Below, piece by piece: positions 39,401-53,550 of a DNA stretch of 64,000 bases. The position numbers and the translations under genes were made by a program. A model generated the notes under the pieces. The model was not told where the DNA came from. It searched no databases and saw only the letters and a list, made by a program, of their open reading frames with translations. The stretch is from Chrysomallon squamiferum (lineage: Eukaryota > Animalia > Mollusca), in assembly GCA_012295275.1 (NCBI GenBank), contig CM022671.1, forward strand, positions 12,772,001 to 12,836,000, written 5' to 3'. Position 1 is the stretch's first letter. Each line of letters starts with the position of its first letter.

Positions 39401-42400
39401 GTTATTTACTTTTGTTCAGTTCATTCTTAATCACCACATTTTCAGAATTAATTCAGTACATAGTTGCAAACCATTTGGAAGGAGTGGACTTCTGTAAAAA
39501 GGAACTTACCAAGTCCATGGTAATTATTATTAATAAATATTATATGCTTCATTAGTTGGCCTTCTGTAGTTTCAAACAGAAGTCAAAGCAATATACTTTC
39601 TTTACAAATGAAGGTACATTTCCAGTTCCACCCAATACTTCCATTTGTGATAATAAAAGGCTATAGTAAATATCTGTGGGAAAATTGATATAATCCACAA
39701 ATGATGACAGTAACCGTAAAGCTTTCTTTACATCATAATTTTTTTTAAGATATATATTCTGATAACTATTAACAATAAAATATACTGAAGTATCACACAA
39801 ATACTAAGTCACTTCAATATGGTAAGTAGTTAATTAAAAATTACTGTTTTTTTAATCAGGATAACCCATGGACATCTAAGATAATTTCATTAAAATATTT
39901 AAATAAAATAGAAAAATAAAAAAATATATATGTGTGTGTGTGTGTGTATATATATGTGTGTATGTGTGTGTGTGTGTGTGTACACATATATACACACATA
40001 CATATATATATATATGTTTTCATATGATTTGAATGATAACACACATACCTCATTGTAAACAACAATTAATATTATACAAGTGTTTCTTTTTATGTTTCTC
40101 TTTTACTGAATGAAATTAATTTCAAAAAACTATCTTTTAATCAAGGTGTAAACAAATTATTTATGGCAAACATTAAACTATTTGAAACTTTGTAATGTAT
40201 TTTTAAAGTGCTACAGCTCAAGGAATATAATAAAATAAATACAATTGATGTCTTACATGTAAAAAGAACAATCTCAGCAAATGTAATGAAAACAAATATA
40301 TTTATTAACAATACACAATTTGTTTTTCTTTCTCATGTCATATCTCTTCTTTCTATCTTTTAATACTATGAAATCATTCCAGATAAAAGAAAATGCTGGA
40401 AAACAATATATATTATCACATGCTGAATGCTTATTTGCATCATTAGTCTTACCATTTAGGGTTACAGAATACTGTTCAGTGTTTTCAGCAATATAATTCT
40501 ATTATTTTCATATGTAATTAATTAGTTTTGGTATAATGATATAAACGGCATTTATCAATATTAAGAAATTAATTAATTAATTAGCTTTTTTATCATTTTG
40601 GAAATTTATTTAGTCGTATTTTATGTATTAATATTTTATTTTGTTACACAAATATTTATAACCAATAAATGGAAAATTAAGTTTTCTAAATCTTAGTCTA
40701 TTTATATTCAAATATTTTCAAATACGATATTTTTAAATTTAAACATTTCAAAATTTAGAAGTAGATTCTGAGTACTTTATCAAATTCAGCTAAAATTGGC
40801 TTAATTTAAAATATATAAATAATTTAATATATATAAACCACATTTATTTCATATTTTTCCCAGCTGAAATTATAAATATGTTGTAATAATCTATGCACTG
40901 TTATACAATGACAGTTTAAGATGAGTTCACAAAAAGACTCCATTTATTCATTCACAAATCAATGTTAGAAATTATAAATACACATTCATCCAGATATACT
41001 AACAGATTAAAAAACATAATGATGTACACATTCATAAATCTGTAAAATTATAAATATACACACTTTCATACTTAGTAACCAGACAAAAGGTAAGAAACGT
41101 GAACAAAAATAACATTGTGTGAATTAATCCAAATACTACTTCTTACGTTTATTAACAATAAATTACAAATACCTGTAGATAAACTATTAAACAAAACAGA
41201 ATGAAAAAGGAAGTGTAAACAAATACAATGGATGGAAATGGGTTTCAAAATCAGAAAATATAAATAACATTATTATACAAACCAAAATTTAACAAAACCA
41301 AAACGAACCAACAAATAAATGTTGCATACATGAAAACAATTTAAAATAAACAATTCATTTATTATCAACATACGTTTATACAGTATATAATAAACTAGTA
41401 AATAAATCTGGAATATGAAAAATTTAAAAAATTAAAAAATAAAACAATAAAAATTAATAATAACTGTAACTAAATTTTATTTAAAATGTTCTTTGGTTTG
41501 TTTTGGAAAGTTTAATAAATAAATATCATACATGGAAATTCAGAATATTAACAAAAATATCTGCCACTGACATTTAAAAATATAACTAAATAAAATAATA
41601 AAAAATAATTTTAAAAGTTATCCTATAGTTTTATTATTAGCATAAATGTTGCCAAAGAAATAATATTCAAAAGTAATTGTTGTTCTCAGATTCTCAATAC
41701 AGTACCAATCAAAACTGTCTCTAGAACAAATTCTGACATTTTTTATGAAAGAACATTCACAAATTGATGAATGCTTAAGATATACAAATATAATGCAGAC
41801 AAAATGTTATTGTGCAAGTACATTTACACAAATGATGTTTGTATTAAAAGACAGCTGATCTATCATACCAACCCAATTAAATCACTGTTAATAAAGTAAC
41901 AAAATTCCATATTTACATGTGTTCACTATTACTGTCAAAATAATAACTTGTTATTTTTATAAATGAAAATAATTTACTTTTGTTTTAAATTCTTATCAAT
42001 AATCTGCAGAAGAATAATCAAATTAACAGTTTCATTTAATAATTTTTCATTTCTTGTGATAATGCTGGTAAAAAGAGTGATATTTTAAAAGGTAATTTCT
42101 AACATTTAAATTTTTGTTATTCATAATGATATGGAATCATAACAAATGGAATTAATTTTTTTCTTGAAAATGCTTTCATTTATGAAAAAAGCTAAAAATA
42201 TGAATAGTTTTTCCTGGAGTATACAGTGACATGTAAATTTCACCATTACTAACATTTCTTGCCAAAAAAACCCCAAAAAAGTAAATATGTTAACAGAAAA
42301 AAAAAACAAAAAAAAAACCCTCAAAAAACAATGATGAAAATAATAATTTTAAAATATTATTAATAATCATAAACTTACTGAAGCTAATTATTAAACTGTT

Positions 42401-42528
42401 CCTCTTTACAAAATATTAAATAAAATCATCTGAGCAAATGTTTATGCAAGTTTCAGAGGGAAGGATTCTAAAAATGTTATTTTATAATTAAATGCAATAT
42501 TAATTAGAATATACACATTCACTCTAGT

Positions 42529-45500
42529 CTATCTGGCTCTGTAGTTATTGTACGAGTAACTTGACTGCCGACCATGTAACCGAGACAAAAACAAAGGTAA
42601 TGCTGCCATTACCAAAATAGCCATTCCCAGCCAAGGGCGGTACCTAATCCAACCTGTTGCAATTACTGTCAAAGAAAGGCTGATAGAGAGCGAAATGTTC
42701 ATCAAGGTCACACCCATCCAAATTAACTCTCGTATTATAGGCAGCCAGTCAACTGAAACAGAGAAAAAAATAAGAAATTTTAATAGTTTTGTAACAATAA
42801 TTTCTCCTTTAGTCTCTCTGTCTCTTTTTCTCTCTGTTTCTCTTTACACAACAATATCTAATTCTGGATGTGGGTCATTCTGTGTGAAATAACCCCCCAA
42901 AATGGGAAAATGAAACCTCAACCCTTTGACTTTGCTAAAAATTAATATTTAGGGTATCTGGGGATATTTTTAAATCAATTTTACTGAAATGGTATTTGTA
43001 GAAAGGTGATTTAACAAGGATTCCAAAAACGACATTTTTCACCCAGGGATAATTTGAAGGGTGATAACATTTTGACCTTCACTTAGACCTTGAGGATCAT
43101 GTGACCCTAAAATTGCCTTGCATGAAAAATTTAGCCCAATACATATTCTACTCAAGTAATTATGTGTAATTTTTATTATTATTATGATTATTATTATTAT
43201 TATTTTTTTTTTATCTGTATATTTTATATCTTATATTATTAATGATTTTTTTTTATGTGTTATTAATCAATGCCAAATCTGTTAGTTAATGAAGCAAACA
43301 AAATTATTTACAGTATTTATTCTGACTGTTGGCACTAATCATCTACTTTTGAAACCTTTTAAAAAAACTAAAATGTTTAGAGACATTCTCCACTTTATCT
43401 TTGATAACTGATGAAAAAACAGAAACACTAACCCAGTGTAGTGATTATACTTGTGAGGCAGCCAAATCCTACAAACATCAAGAACCATCCTCCAAACCGA
43501 ATTAGCCAAGTCATCATTAAGTTCTCTTCCTGTTCTCTCCCAAATATTTCCTGTAAGCAGAAACACATTTTTAATGAAATAACTGAAAAATTCTAGGTCT
43601 GTTCTATCCCAAATATTCCTTAATCTATTTTTTTAATTATAACAGATGATATTTATAATTCAGTTTTGCGTCTGTTCATTGACAAGACACTAAAATCAAC
43701 CAGGTGAAAAATATAACATTTTTGTGATTACAAAAATATGTGCTTTACATAATACTAAATTTTCTGTCCCTTTATGAGATAATTTTATTAAGTTAGTGTT
43801 ACAGTTAATAAATAATACGCAAATATTTCATTGGTTCATGTATAAATGCATAAAATGGACATTATATTATATGTATATTTTTATGAGTGGGTAATTCTGA
43901 ACAAATATACAATATAAATAACAATTAATTAAATAAGATTAAATTAAATTATGGCTGTAGGCAAAATTTAATCGTTTTCTAAAATTAAACTAAAATAAGA
44001 AATTTTAAATATACGGTATACCCTCACCTGTTCGCGGTTCCCCATTCGCGGCCCCGCATATTTGTGGGTTAGGCTCTTAACCCTATCACATCGTATGCTG
44101 GTATACCACGCTAGTGTCATAACGTCATAAAAACAAATGCTCGGTAAACCGGGTTTTTGTAGGTCATAGAGACTTAAGTGCCTGAAGAGTAGGAATAATT
44201 ACCTGAAGTGCTGTAAAGCAGCAGCTAAGCTGTGCCATACTGTACATTAGTGTTATCATCATCATCGTATGGCACTGCAAATTTCATCATCATTTTATTA
44301 TCATTCATTATTGGTGACAGCACAAACAATATCAAATTTTTTCAATTATTATACGTATTTTTTTATAAATGCATACACTGTATGTACCGTGCATATTTTT
44401 TGTGACCGTGTATTAATAATGTTTTTAATTGCATATTATTACTGAATTGTATTATTATTACCTGAACTGTGCGTACTGTATTTAACTGTCTGTTTGCCTT
44501 TAAATTTGTTCCACTTTCTGTCAATTCTAATACATATGTTGTACGCATAGAAAATGACTTTAAGGTACAGTAATACTGTATGGGTAACTATGCTATGCGG
44601 TGTTACTGTCCTCCTGTACTTACGTTTCTTTCTGATTAAAATATTGTTTCAGTACAAAATTAAAATGTGTTTACATTATCATTACTACATTAGTGAAATA
44701 CATAACTGCATGCAATATTACTACATTATTACTGTATTAATGAGTAAGAATGTCTTTAGAAAGTGTTTGGGAAGCATTTAGTACCGTATATAATCTCATA
44801 ATAGACGTTTTAAAACTGCATCCAATATTCGGCGTTTTTTTCGCTATTCGCAGGGGGGGGGTAAAGAACGTAACCCCCACGAATAGCGAGGGAATACTGT
44901 ATTTCTTTCTTTTAGTAAAGAACATCTGCTACTGAAGTTGAAATGTATGAAGTAATTTGCCTCGAAAAAATAACTAACTTTGGGGCTGAGGTTGCCATAA
45001 TGAAGCAGTTCTAGAGTGTCACCTGCAACAGTCCTGTATTCAGCCAGTTGTCTCCCCTGCTGTCTGGCAACAATGCTAACCTGAAATTAAAAAACAACTG
45101 AATATTTATTTATTTAAAAGATATTACAGTACAATTTATTATTAGTGGCTGTTAAGTGTTAAACACATGACACTGTGTAACAGTGATATCCAGTCAACAT
45201 TTTCCACATTGTTTCTATAACATGAAAATAAACATTCATGATTAAAATATTTTTGAACTTCAGTGTGTAATGTGTCAGTACCAGTTATAAGTGTATGTGT
45301 TCTTTTCTGAAAAAAGATAGGAAATATTTTTTTTTAACAAGAACACAACAGTGTGTGAAATATTTTTACCTGTTGTGCAGGTCCTAGTCCAGACTGTCCT
45401 ACCAAACCAGCATATTCAAAGGTAATTCTGAGATCACCCACCTGTGAACAACCAAGACATTAAATAAAAATATAATACAAATAATCAATTTTTTTTTATA

Positions 45501-48500
45501 ATAACTTTTGGTCCAGAAGCTATTAATTACTTCATTTTTTAACAATATATGCATATGAAAACTAAGATGTTTTTCTTTAATGACTTAATAAACATTGCAG
45601 TATGAAGTGAAATTATTTTCAAATATTTTAATGTTCAAATAGAAAACAGAAACATTTTAAAACATTTCTAATTCCTGACAGACAAAATATAATCACACAC
45701 CAACATCACAATCAATCATACAGACTCAAATTCAGTCACACACAAATTATACATAAAAGATAAAGCCTAACTAACCTGTGGTCTTGCAGGATTCACACTG
45801 TGATAGAGAGCTCCATTAAAAAACTGAGTTGTTGGAATCATCAGGAGGTGGACCAGGCAAAACTAGTGTTTTGAAATCATCTATTTTATTCAAAAGACCT
45901 GGAATAAGGTTTTATAACTTTTTATAAGCTATATACATTATAAAGATAAAATAAAAAATGCATCAATAAATTATGATGATAATACATAATCAGCCAGCCA
46001 AGCAAACCAAATAGCTAACAACTGAAAAAGTTAACTGTTTCATTAAGGGAAAATGAAATCAATAAATCACGTAATATGCACAATCTCTCAGTATATATAT
46101 ATGTCATGTAGATGATGCCTTTCATTGTTCCTATATTTTAAAAAAATTTCATATAAAAAATAAATAAAAAATGTACCAATATTAAAGAAAATATATAAAA
46201 TATGTATCATAGTCAGGGAAAAAAACATTAGTAATAAACAATTTATTTTCAGGTCACAATACTTAAAACAATTTACTTACTTTGGGATAATACAAAGTTG
46301 CCAACATGTACTTCAGGTGCCACAAGAGTCACAGACTGTACAGACATTGTCCTATAATAGTAACTACTTTGTTTAATAACATATACATGTATATATATAA
46401 TAATAATTAACAGATTTTAATAATTCAATATAACTGATGATATCTGAAAAGAAAGCCACTATCATTAATTCAAGTATTATTCCCATCATCTTTAATGATC
46501 ACACAGATGGGAAAGCACATACCACATTACTTGATAACTAAATCATTTAGGAGACCACCTGAAACATCATTACACAAGTAATATAATTATGTACAAGTAG
46601 GAGAAAGATTCCATAGTGCAACATATTACAAAATCAGACTTACACAGGGTTTTCATGATTGAAAGAATTATCAAATGAAGAACTTCTTACGAGGTCAGAC
46701 CTCCATTCCTGTGCTGTGAAAATCAAAAAAAATAAGTGCATGAAAAAATGTTTCACAGTTCAACACATTTTAACGGGAGATTTTTATATTACATAATATT
46801 AACAGCAGAAGAGAGGAATTTGCTTGCTCATTATTATTATTATTTAAAACAACTGCTAGCTCAATTTCATGGTTCATCATTCATTAGTAAAAAGGGACCA
46901 TTTATATGCATTTTTCCCATATAGAGAAGTAGTTCATGAAAAAGCAGAGGTTTAGAAATGGCTGGATCAGAAAGGATTGAAATATATCTCAGTGGTAAAT
47001 AACAAACAGTCAAAATATTGCAAAGACTTGAAAAAAGGGAGTAAAAATTAAACTAACCAAAACTAACTAACTAAATAAATAATAATAATATTAAACTGAG
47101 ACAGACTGCTGTAGATGATCTTTTGTAATTGCTTGTAACTCATAATAAATACTGCAAAAATGTCAGTGCTGTTTTGATGAAAAACAAAAAATAGATAATT
47201 ATTACTAAAAATACTTACTGTATGAATAAGTTGTTTCTGTTCTTGTTTGTCCACCTTCATTGTATTCCCTTGAAAAAATATAATTACGTGTTAACTGCTT
47301 CTTAAAATAATCTTACTCTAAAACACTAAATGATTTAACAATAACCACATCCCACTTTATTTAAATGTACCCATTCTGAAAATATGAATATTTATTGTTA
47401 AAATTCAGTAGTGTTTCAATATACAAACATTCAATCACCCACACCTACACACAGTGTAATAATGCAAGAGGCACAGCTACATACACACTGTTATATTGAA
47501 ATATTTATATTCAACACCTACTGAACAAAAATTAAATAGTTTTCACAAATATTTTTCTTACCGTTTGCTTTCATGTTCAACCCACTGAAACATTTCAACT
47601 TTTCTTTTCAACTTCACAGATGGTGTTGAAATCTTATATAATGGATCTTGTAACATCTGCATAAAATGAATATTACTTTTTATTTCAGCTGCATTTAAAA
47701 TAAATTATTTTTTGCTGGTTTATTTTAGTTTAATGTGAAGATACAACTAAATGATTAAACTGAACTTAAAAAGACAGTCACGCACATCCCTTCCCCATGC
47801 CAACAAGATCCTCCCTCTTCAAAAAAAAAAAAAAAGAAAAACAGAAGAAAAGAAAGAAAAAAGACTTTATCGCTAAAAAAAATACATACAAAAATAACAC
47901 ATAATTCTGGAACTTTTTTTCATTTAAAGTTTATCTTAAAAGAATTTACAAAAACAATTCCCATATTTCTTAAAGATAACTGTTGTCATTACTTCATAAA
48001 AATTAACTATATTATTTCCTCACCTTCTGAGTTTTAAGATATCCAGAAATATGAACTAATTTTCCATTGTTTTCATCAAATGCTACATCAATAGTACTAA
48101 GTGGAATGACAATCTGAAGACCTTCATCAAGTGACTGCGCTTTCTGAACTGCTCGACCCTGCAAATTTTACTCATATTTATTCATCAAAATATAATATTT
48201 TAAACAATTAAAACACAAAAAGATTAAAATTGTCTAATGTGAAATATAGGCTTCTGGTTTGTAATTGTACTAAGTAATATAAAATCTATCTCATTCTCAT
48301 TTTACTATATTTGAGGGTAATATATTGTATTTTTTTATATGCTACAAGAATTTACACCATTGTCAAACTGATTAAAAACAAAAATTAATGCTTTAAAAGG
48401 TTTTTATACTGGATTTATTATTAAAAAAAGAAATAAAAAATATATATATATATTTTAAATTAAAATAAAATTACATTAAAAAAAAAAGTTTTAATTTATT

Positions 48501-49890
48501 ATTAAGATTACTTTTTTAAAATAAACAAACCTCATTCCAGAAAAGCAGATATGATGCTGCAATTAAGATTGCAATACCAACTAAAATTCCTATAAAACTG
48601 TTTCCAATTCGTTCTAAGAAAGTTGAGTTACGATGGTATGAAACTCCAGTATGTGAATCACCTCTCATGTTGTGCATTCCTGGATCATCTGGGTACTGAA
48701 ATATATAAATAAATAAATAATTAAATAAATGGATGGATGAATGAAATTTGAATGAATAAATAAATAAAATAGAAATATTGTACTAATTAGCATTAAGAAA
48801 TATGTGAAAACAGAAATGATTTTTAGTTATTATTATTATTATTATTTTGTTTTTAAATTTCCTAATGTGTTTTATAAAATTAAAAATTAAAATATTTAAT
48901 TATTATAATATCATTATAATTAATCAAAAACCTAAATTCAATCTTTTCTGAAAACAAACAACTTTCAAAAACACATTTCACTTTTAAATTATAAGACAAA
49001 TATCATTTACAACACAACACATGAATTCATTTATATCAATCATTCTTGAACTTCAAATTAATGTCAAAGCTTTCTTTCAAATGCTTTACCTGCATTCGAT
49101 GATCCATATTCTTACCTACCTAAACAGAAACTACTTGTTTTCAGGTACATTAATTCAAATCATAATTCTAAAAATAAGCACATTTACTGTTATGCAAGGC
49201 TGATCAGATTATTTCCCATTTGTGGTTTACAGTGGCTGAAACAGATGTCAAGGTGTAAACACTTTCATGAGAAAACAGTTTCATTATCTGACCTTGATCT
49301 TTTTTCCTGTTGTTTGTTACAGGTAAATTAAAAGGTATGCCTCTAGTGACAATGTATAACACCTGATGTCACAGCTGACTATCAGCAGATTATAATCACA
49401 TTAAAAATATATTAAATATAATTTTAATATTAAGTATTTAATAATAGTAATAATAATATAATAAGAAAAATAATTTAAAAATATTATCATAATCATCTTT
49501 ATTTTAAATCAGACAATTCACTAGAAAAATAATTCTTTCTTATATCAATTATATGCATTATACTCTGAACATGTGTAACTTTAATAACTGACAACGTACA
49601 CTACATTAACTCTATCAAGAATATAGAAAATAAAAATAAAACTGATGACTATTTCGGCATAATTTTTTTTTTTTTTCGATAAACATAAAATGAAAATTAG
49701 ACATTTATAGTAATACGCTATCACTATCAGTATCATACGTTATGGGAAGAATAAGGTTAACATCTTTCAGCTTGTCACCTTGTGGTATAACTTTCTTGGA
49801 AGCGTAATTTGAGCCAAAAGTCTTTTTGCAGTTTTAACCTAGTTAAAAAGATTATTTCAGCAACAATGGTTTTACCTGCTGTCTATACAT
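42529..49890 (-). CDS. TMEM43: Transmembrane protein 43 (LUMA), 12 exons (49890-49876, 48695-48531, 48158-48024, 47656-47562, 47268-47219, 46713-46644, 46351-46281, 45898-45776, 45441-45370, 45080-44979, 43550-43433, 42752-42529); apparent +1 frameshift in exon 8
   Basis: Motifs FLERIG...LLFWNEGRAV, ENNGKLVH, KLKRKVEMFQWVE, HENP, VGDLRITF, VSIVARQ, TWLIRFGGWFLMFVG, VDWLPIIRE and IATGWIRYRPW; GT-AG junctions. Confidence 0.92.
44014..44899. mobile_element. Non-autonomous pogo/Tigger-like (Tc1/mariner superfamily) DNA element in a TMEM43 intron
   Basis: TA TSDs; imperfect TIRs CGGTATACCCTCACCTGTTCGCGG versus reverse complement CAGTATTCCCTCGCTATTCGTGG; no transposase ORF. Confidence 0.7.
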
Positions 49891-50347
49891 ACTTAAACTG
49901 CAATATCTTTGTAACAACCCCAGTATGTCGCACCAAACTGTTTGAACTTCCTGCAGTGACACCCTATTTATAAATAGACTAATGTGACAAAAGGCATTTT
50001 TTCATTGGTTACTAAATAAAGTACTATATTCCCTAATATCGCATGTTTATTTCTGTGTAACTAACCTAATGTCGATCTTTGTGTACACCTATTAAATTGT
50101 ATGTAGCATCGAGTAAATTTTATTTAACGTTTTTTTCCCCCTTATGTAAAAAGTTAACAATATAATGTTTCAGATTAATACAATTTCCCATTTTACTGCT
50201 TTAATTTGTCGTGATGTTCAAATAACAAATCTGCGATACGCGATAGTGTTTTAGGAAGAACATACTGATTTTCAACTAAACATAAATCATTATTTTGTCA
50301 GTGTGATGATCTACATTATGTTGTGATAACTTTCATGATAATATCTA

Positions 50348-50381
<34 letters not shown>

Positions 50382-52294
50382 CTGATGACGACTGTGTCAG
50401 GTTGCTTGTAAGTACAGACTGTACAGTACAGTACTATTATTGTTAAAAATATGAAAATAGCTATTGTAAATAATTTAATTGATACACGTTTTTAAAACTC
50501 ACGATTAATAGCAAGCAAATTCAAACGTCATGTGAAATCTGTAACATGTAATTGTTTTCTTTGCAAAATATTCATGTTGCAGTATGTTTTGAGAGGTACT
50601 GATGCAGATGTCTAGGAAAATCCACATAAAATACTGTTTAAATCAAATTATGTGACAACGTACTCTCCATTAAATCTATCAAGAATATAGAAAATAAAAA
50701 TAAAACAAACACTGATAAGAATTAAATAGTTTATTTATTTATTTTTATACATTATTTGCAATATACAATACATTTGAATTAAAAAAAAAAGAAAAAAAGA
50801 TGAAATAAATTTAAATGAAGCCTTTTAGCATTTCACTGAAATAAAATATTAAAATTAATGTTTATGTTCACACTAAGATTCACACTAATATTAATGTATA
50901 ACAAAATGTCTAAAAATTGTCAGTGAATGAAGTATAATGATTATTAGTGTATGTTATGAGTGTACCGCATGTTTATCAATACAAATAAAACATGAAAACT
51001 CAAATAAGATAGCAAAAAAAAAAATCAATTGTTCTTTGAACTTCACTTATCTAACACTAAATTATTTCTCAATAATCATACTTTTGCATAAAACACTGTT
51101 TTAAAATATTTTTCCTGAAATGAGAACAAATGCAATTTGGTTAAACTTTTTCATACACATTTGTTCTATACTATTCCTTTTCCGTAGCTTCCTAATAAAA
51201 TCATAACAAAATCCACAATTTCATTGGTTTTATCAAATTACTCTAAAGATGGATATAGAATTATGGTAAAAAATCACAAATTACTGATAACAAGACCAAG
51301 AATGATAATTATTATATTACTGTTTGACAGTGAAATATCATTTGATTACGTGTTTCACAAAATCATTTTATTAAGTTATGACTAAAAATAATTCATATAA
51401 ATGTCACTATTAGGACCATGCTACAAATACTTTAAGAAACAACTACAAAAATATACATATACACATATATATTAAAAACATACCCTGACAATTTCTATTT
51501 CTTAAAACAATTAAATATATTTTAAAATAAAATAACAAACAAAAAGAACAGAAATTTAAATATATAACAATGAGTAAACTGCATTTTCATAAAGCAAAGC
51601 TTGAGAGATTCTGCTATTTTCCTTTTTTCTGAGTTTTACTTTTTTATTATTTTTTTAATGATTAATAAAAAATAAAAAAATGTTTTTTGTTTAACATCAT
51701 TTTTTGACTGTTGCAGTTTAGCCTTTCAAATGCCCAACAAAATTTTCTCATGTTGTAACAAAAGAATAAATCATTTACTTCAACCAGCATTTTTCATGCA
51801 TTTATCTTGTCTTAAACAAAAACTAAAATTTTTGGCACATTTTTTTGATTAGATTTTATTATTATTTAATAATGTTAATTTGTTAAATACAATCTCCTTT
51901 CACTACATATCAAATCTTTTTGTTGCTTATACTCTGCCTCTGTCACAACCATATCATAATGTAATGCCTCAAGCAGTAAATTCTGAAATACAGAGATATT
52001 TTTAAAAAAGAAAAAAGAAAATGAACAACTTTTTTTGAAATATTGTCCATCATTTAATTCAAGATTGTTCTCACTGAAATTAATTACATAAGCCACTTAA
52101 TGTGCTTCAGAAGGTCAAATTGAAATAAGAAGTTTTATATTTGAATTAATAAATAAAACTACTGTATGAAACAGATAGTGTAACATATGATGTTTCCACT
52201 GTACATTGACAGTTCATTATCCAGAAATCTGAAAATGTTCAGGAACTGATCTTTTTTGTTATTTGTATATTTGTGTGTATGTATAAATGTATAA

Positions 52295-52296
<2 letters not shown>

Positions 52297-52341
<45 letters not shown>
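52297..52341. repeat. (TG)n microsatellite
   Basis: Direct reading. Confidence 0.95.
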
Positions 52342-52345
<4 letters not shown>

Positions 52346-53550
52346 AATTCATGTACAACCATCAGTGTAATTTGGTACATGTATTGAGCTTAAATTGTAT
52401 TATGCTCTTCTGACTGCTTTTCTTACACATAAGCTGCATAAAATAATTAGTCTGATTTGAATCAATGAATAGGTAACCTTTAGAGAAAGAATCTGTGAGT
52501 TAAAAGGAATTATTGCACTTTGCTACACTGCTCAACTTCTGCAGGTTAATACCAATTTTTTGCAGACTAACAATCAACCCAATAACGTAAGTAAATAAAA
52601 TGTATTGTTTAGTTTATAATAGTAATTACAATTTCTACTCTTTATTATTTAGCATTATTAAATTTTCACTTATCTTCATATTTATTTCTTACTTTATATT
52701 AATTAATACAGACACCAATAAGTAGTAGGTATCCTGCATAGCATTAAAGTACTAAGATAGCTTTTAAAAAGCAAACAAATAATTGTATAAAACTGCTAAT
52801 CCAATACAAGTTCTGTCCCAAGTGATTTCAATTCAGTTATATTAAATTACTTTTATAGTCCCAGAGCAATATAATTAGAGAGAGTATCAATTAATTTACA
52901 CAAAAATAAAAACTGAATATCCAGCTTGGAAGGAAAAACATTAGAATAGCTGTTGAATTAATAAAAAATTATTTTATTAGATTTGTTATCACAAAACCTG
53001 AAAAATGCAAACATATGTTCATAATTTAATTCTATTTTTAAAAGTATGTTGATACCCAAGAGATTCGATACAGCGTAACTATTCCACAAAATGTTAAATA
53101 ATCTGAATAAGCAGTGAATGTTTTTATACAAGATTCTGCAGATATTTTATTGAAACAATCATACAGTGAAATAAAACAATTCTTCAATTGTTACAGAGAA
53201 AGCCACTGACAAATGGTTGTGAAATAAAGAATATAAAATCTGGTCTTCTGTCACTTCGTCGGTCACCTTAACTGCAGTAACAATGAAAACAAGAATTAAC
53301 TTTTTGATGTAAATTACAGTAATTAATGTCTGTGATTAATTACTGTACTTAGTTAATTGGTATAGATGTTAGTTACTCGTTGCACACAGAAATTCAATTC
53401 TTCATGAAGACAAGACAGGCTGTTTTCAGGTGATTATTACCACATAAATAGGTGGACAATTCTTTCTATGACAACCATGAAAAGATTCATGAAGAATGGT
53501 GCGTGATCCACTGACAAATAAAGTGTAGAGTCATTATATTATTCCTTTTG

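Noticed and set aside
42865-43150. Possible DNA-transposon end fragment (TGACCTT-rich) in a TMEM43 intron
   Set aside because: No matching second TIR or TSD could be found by eye.
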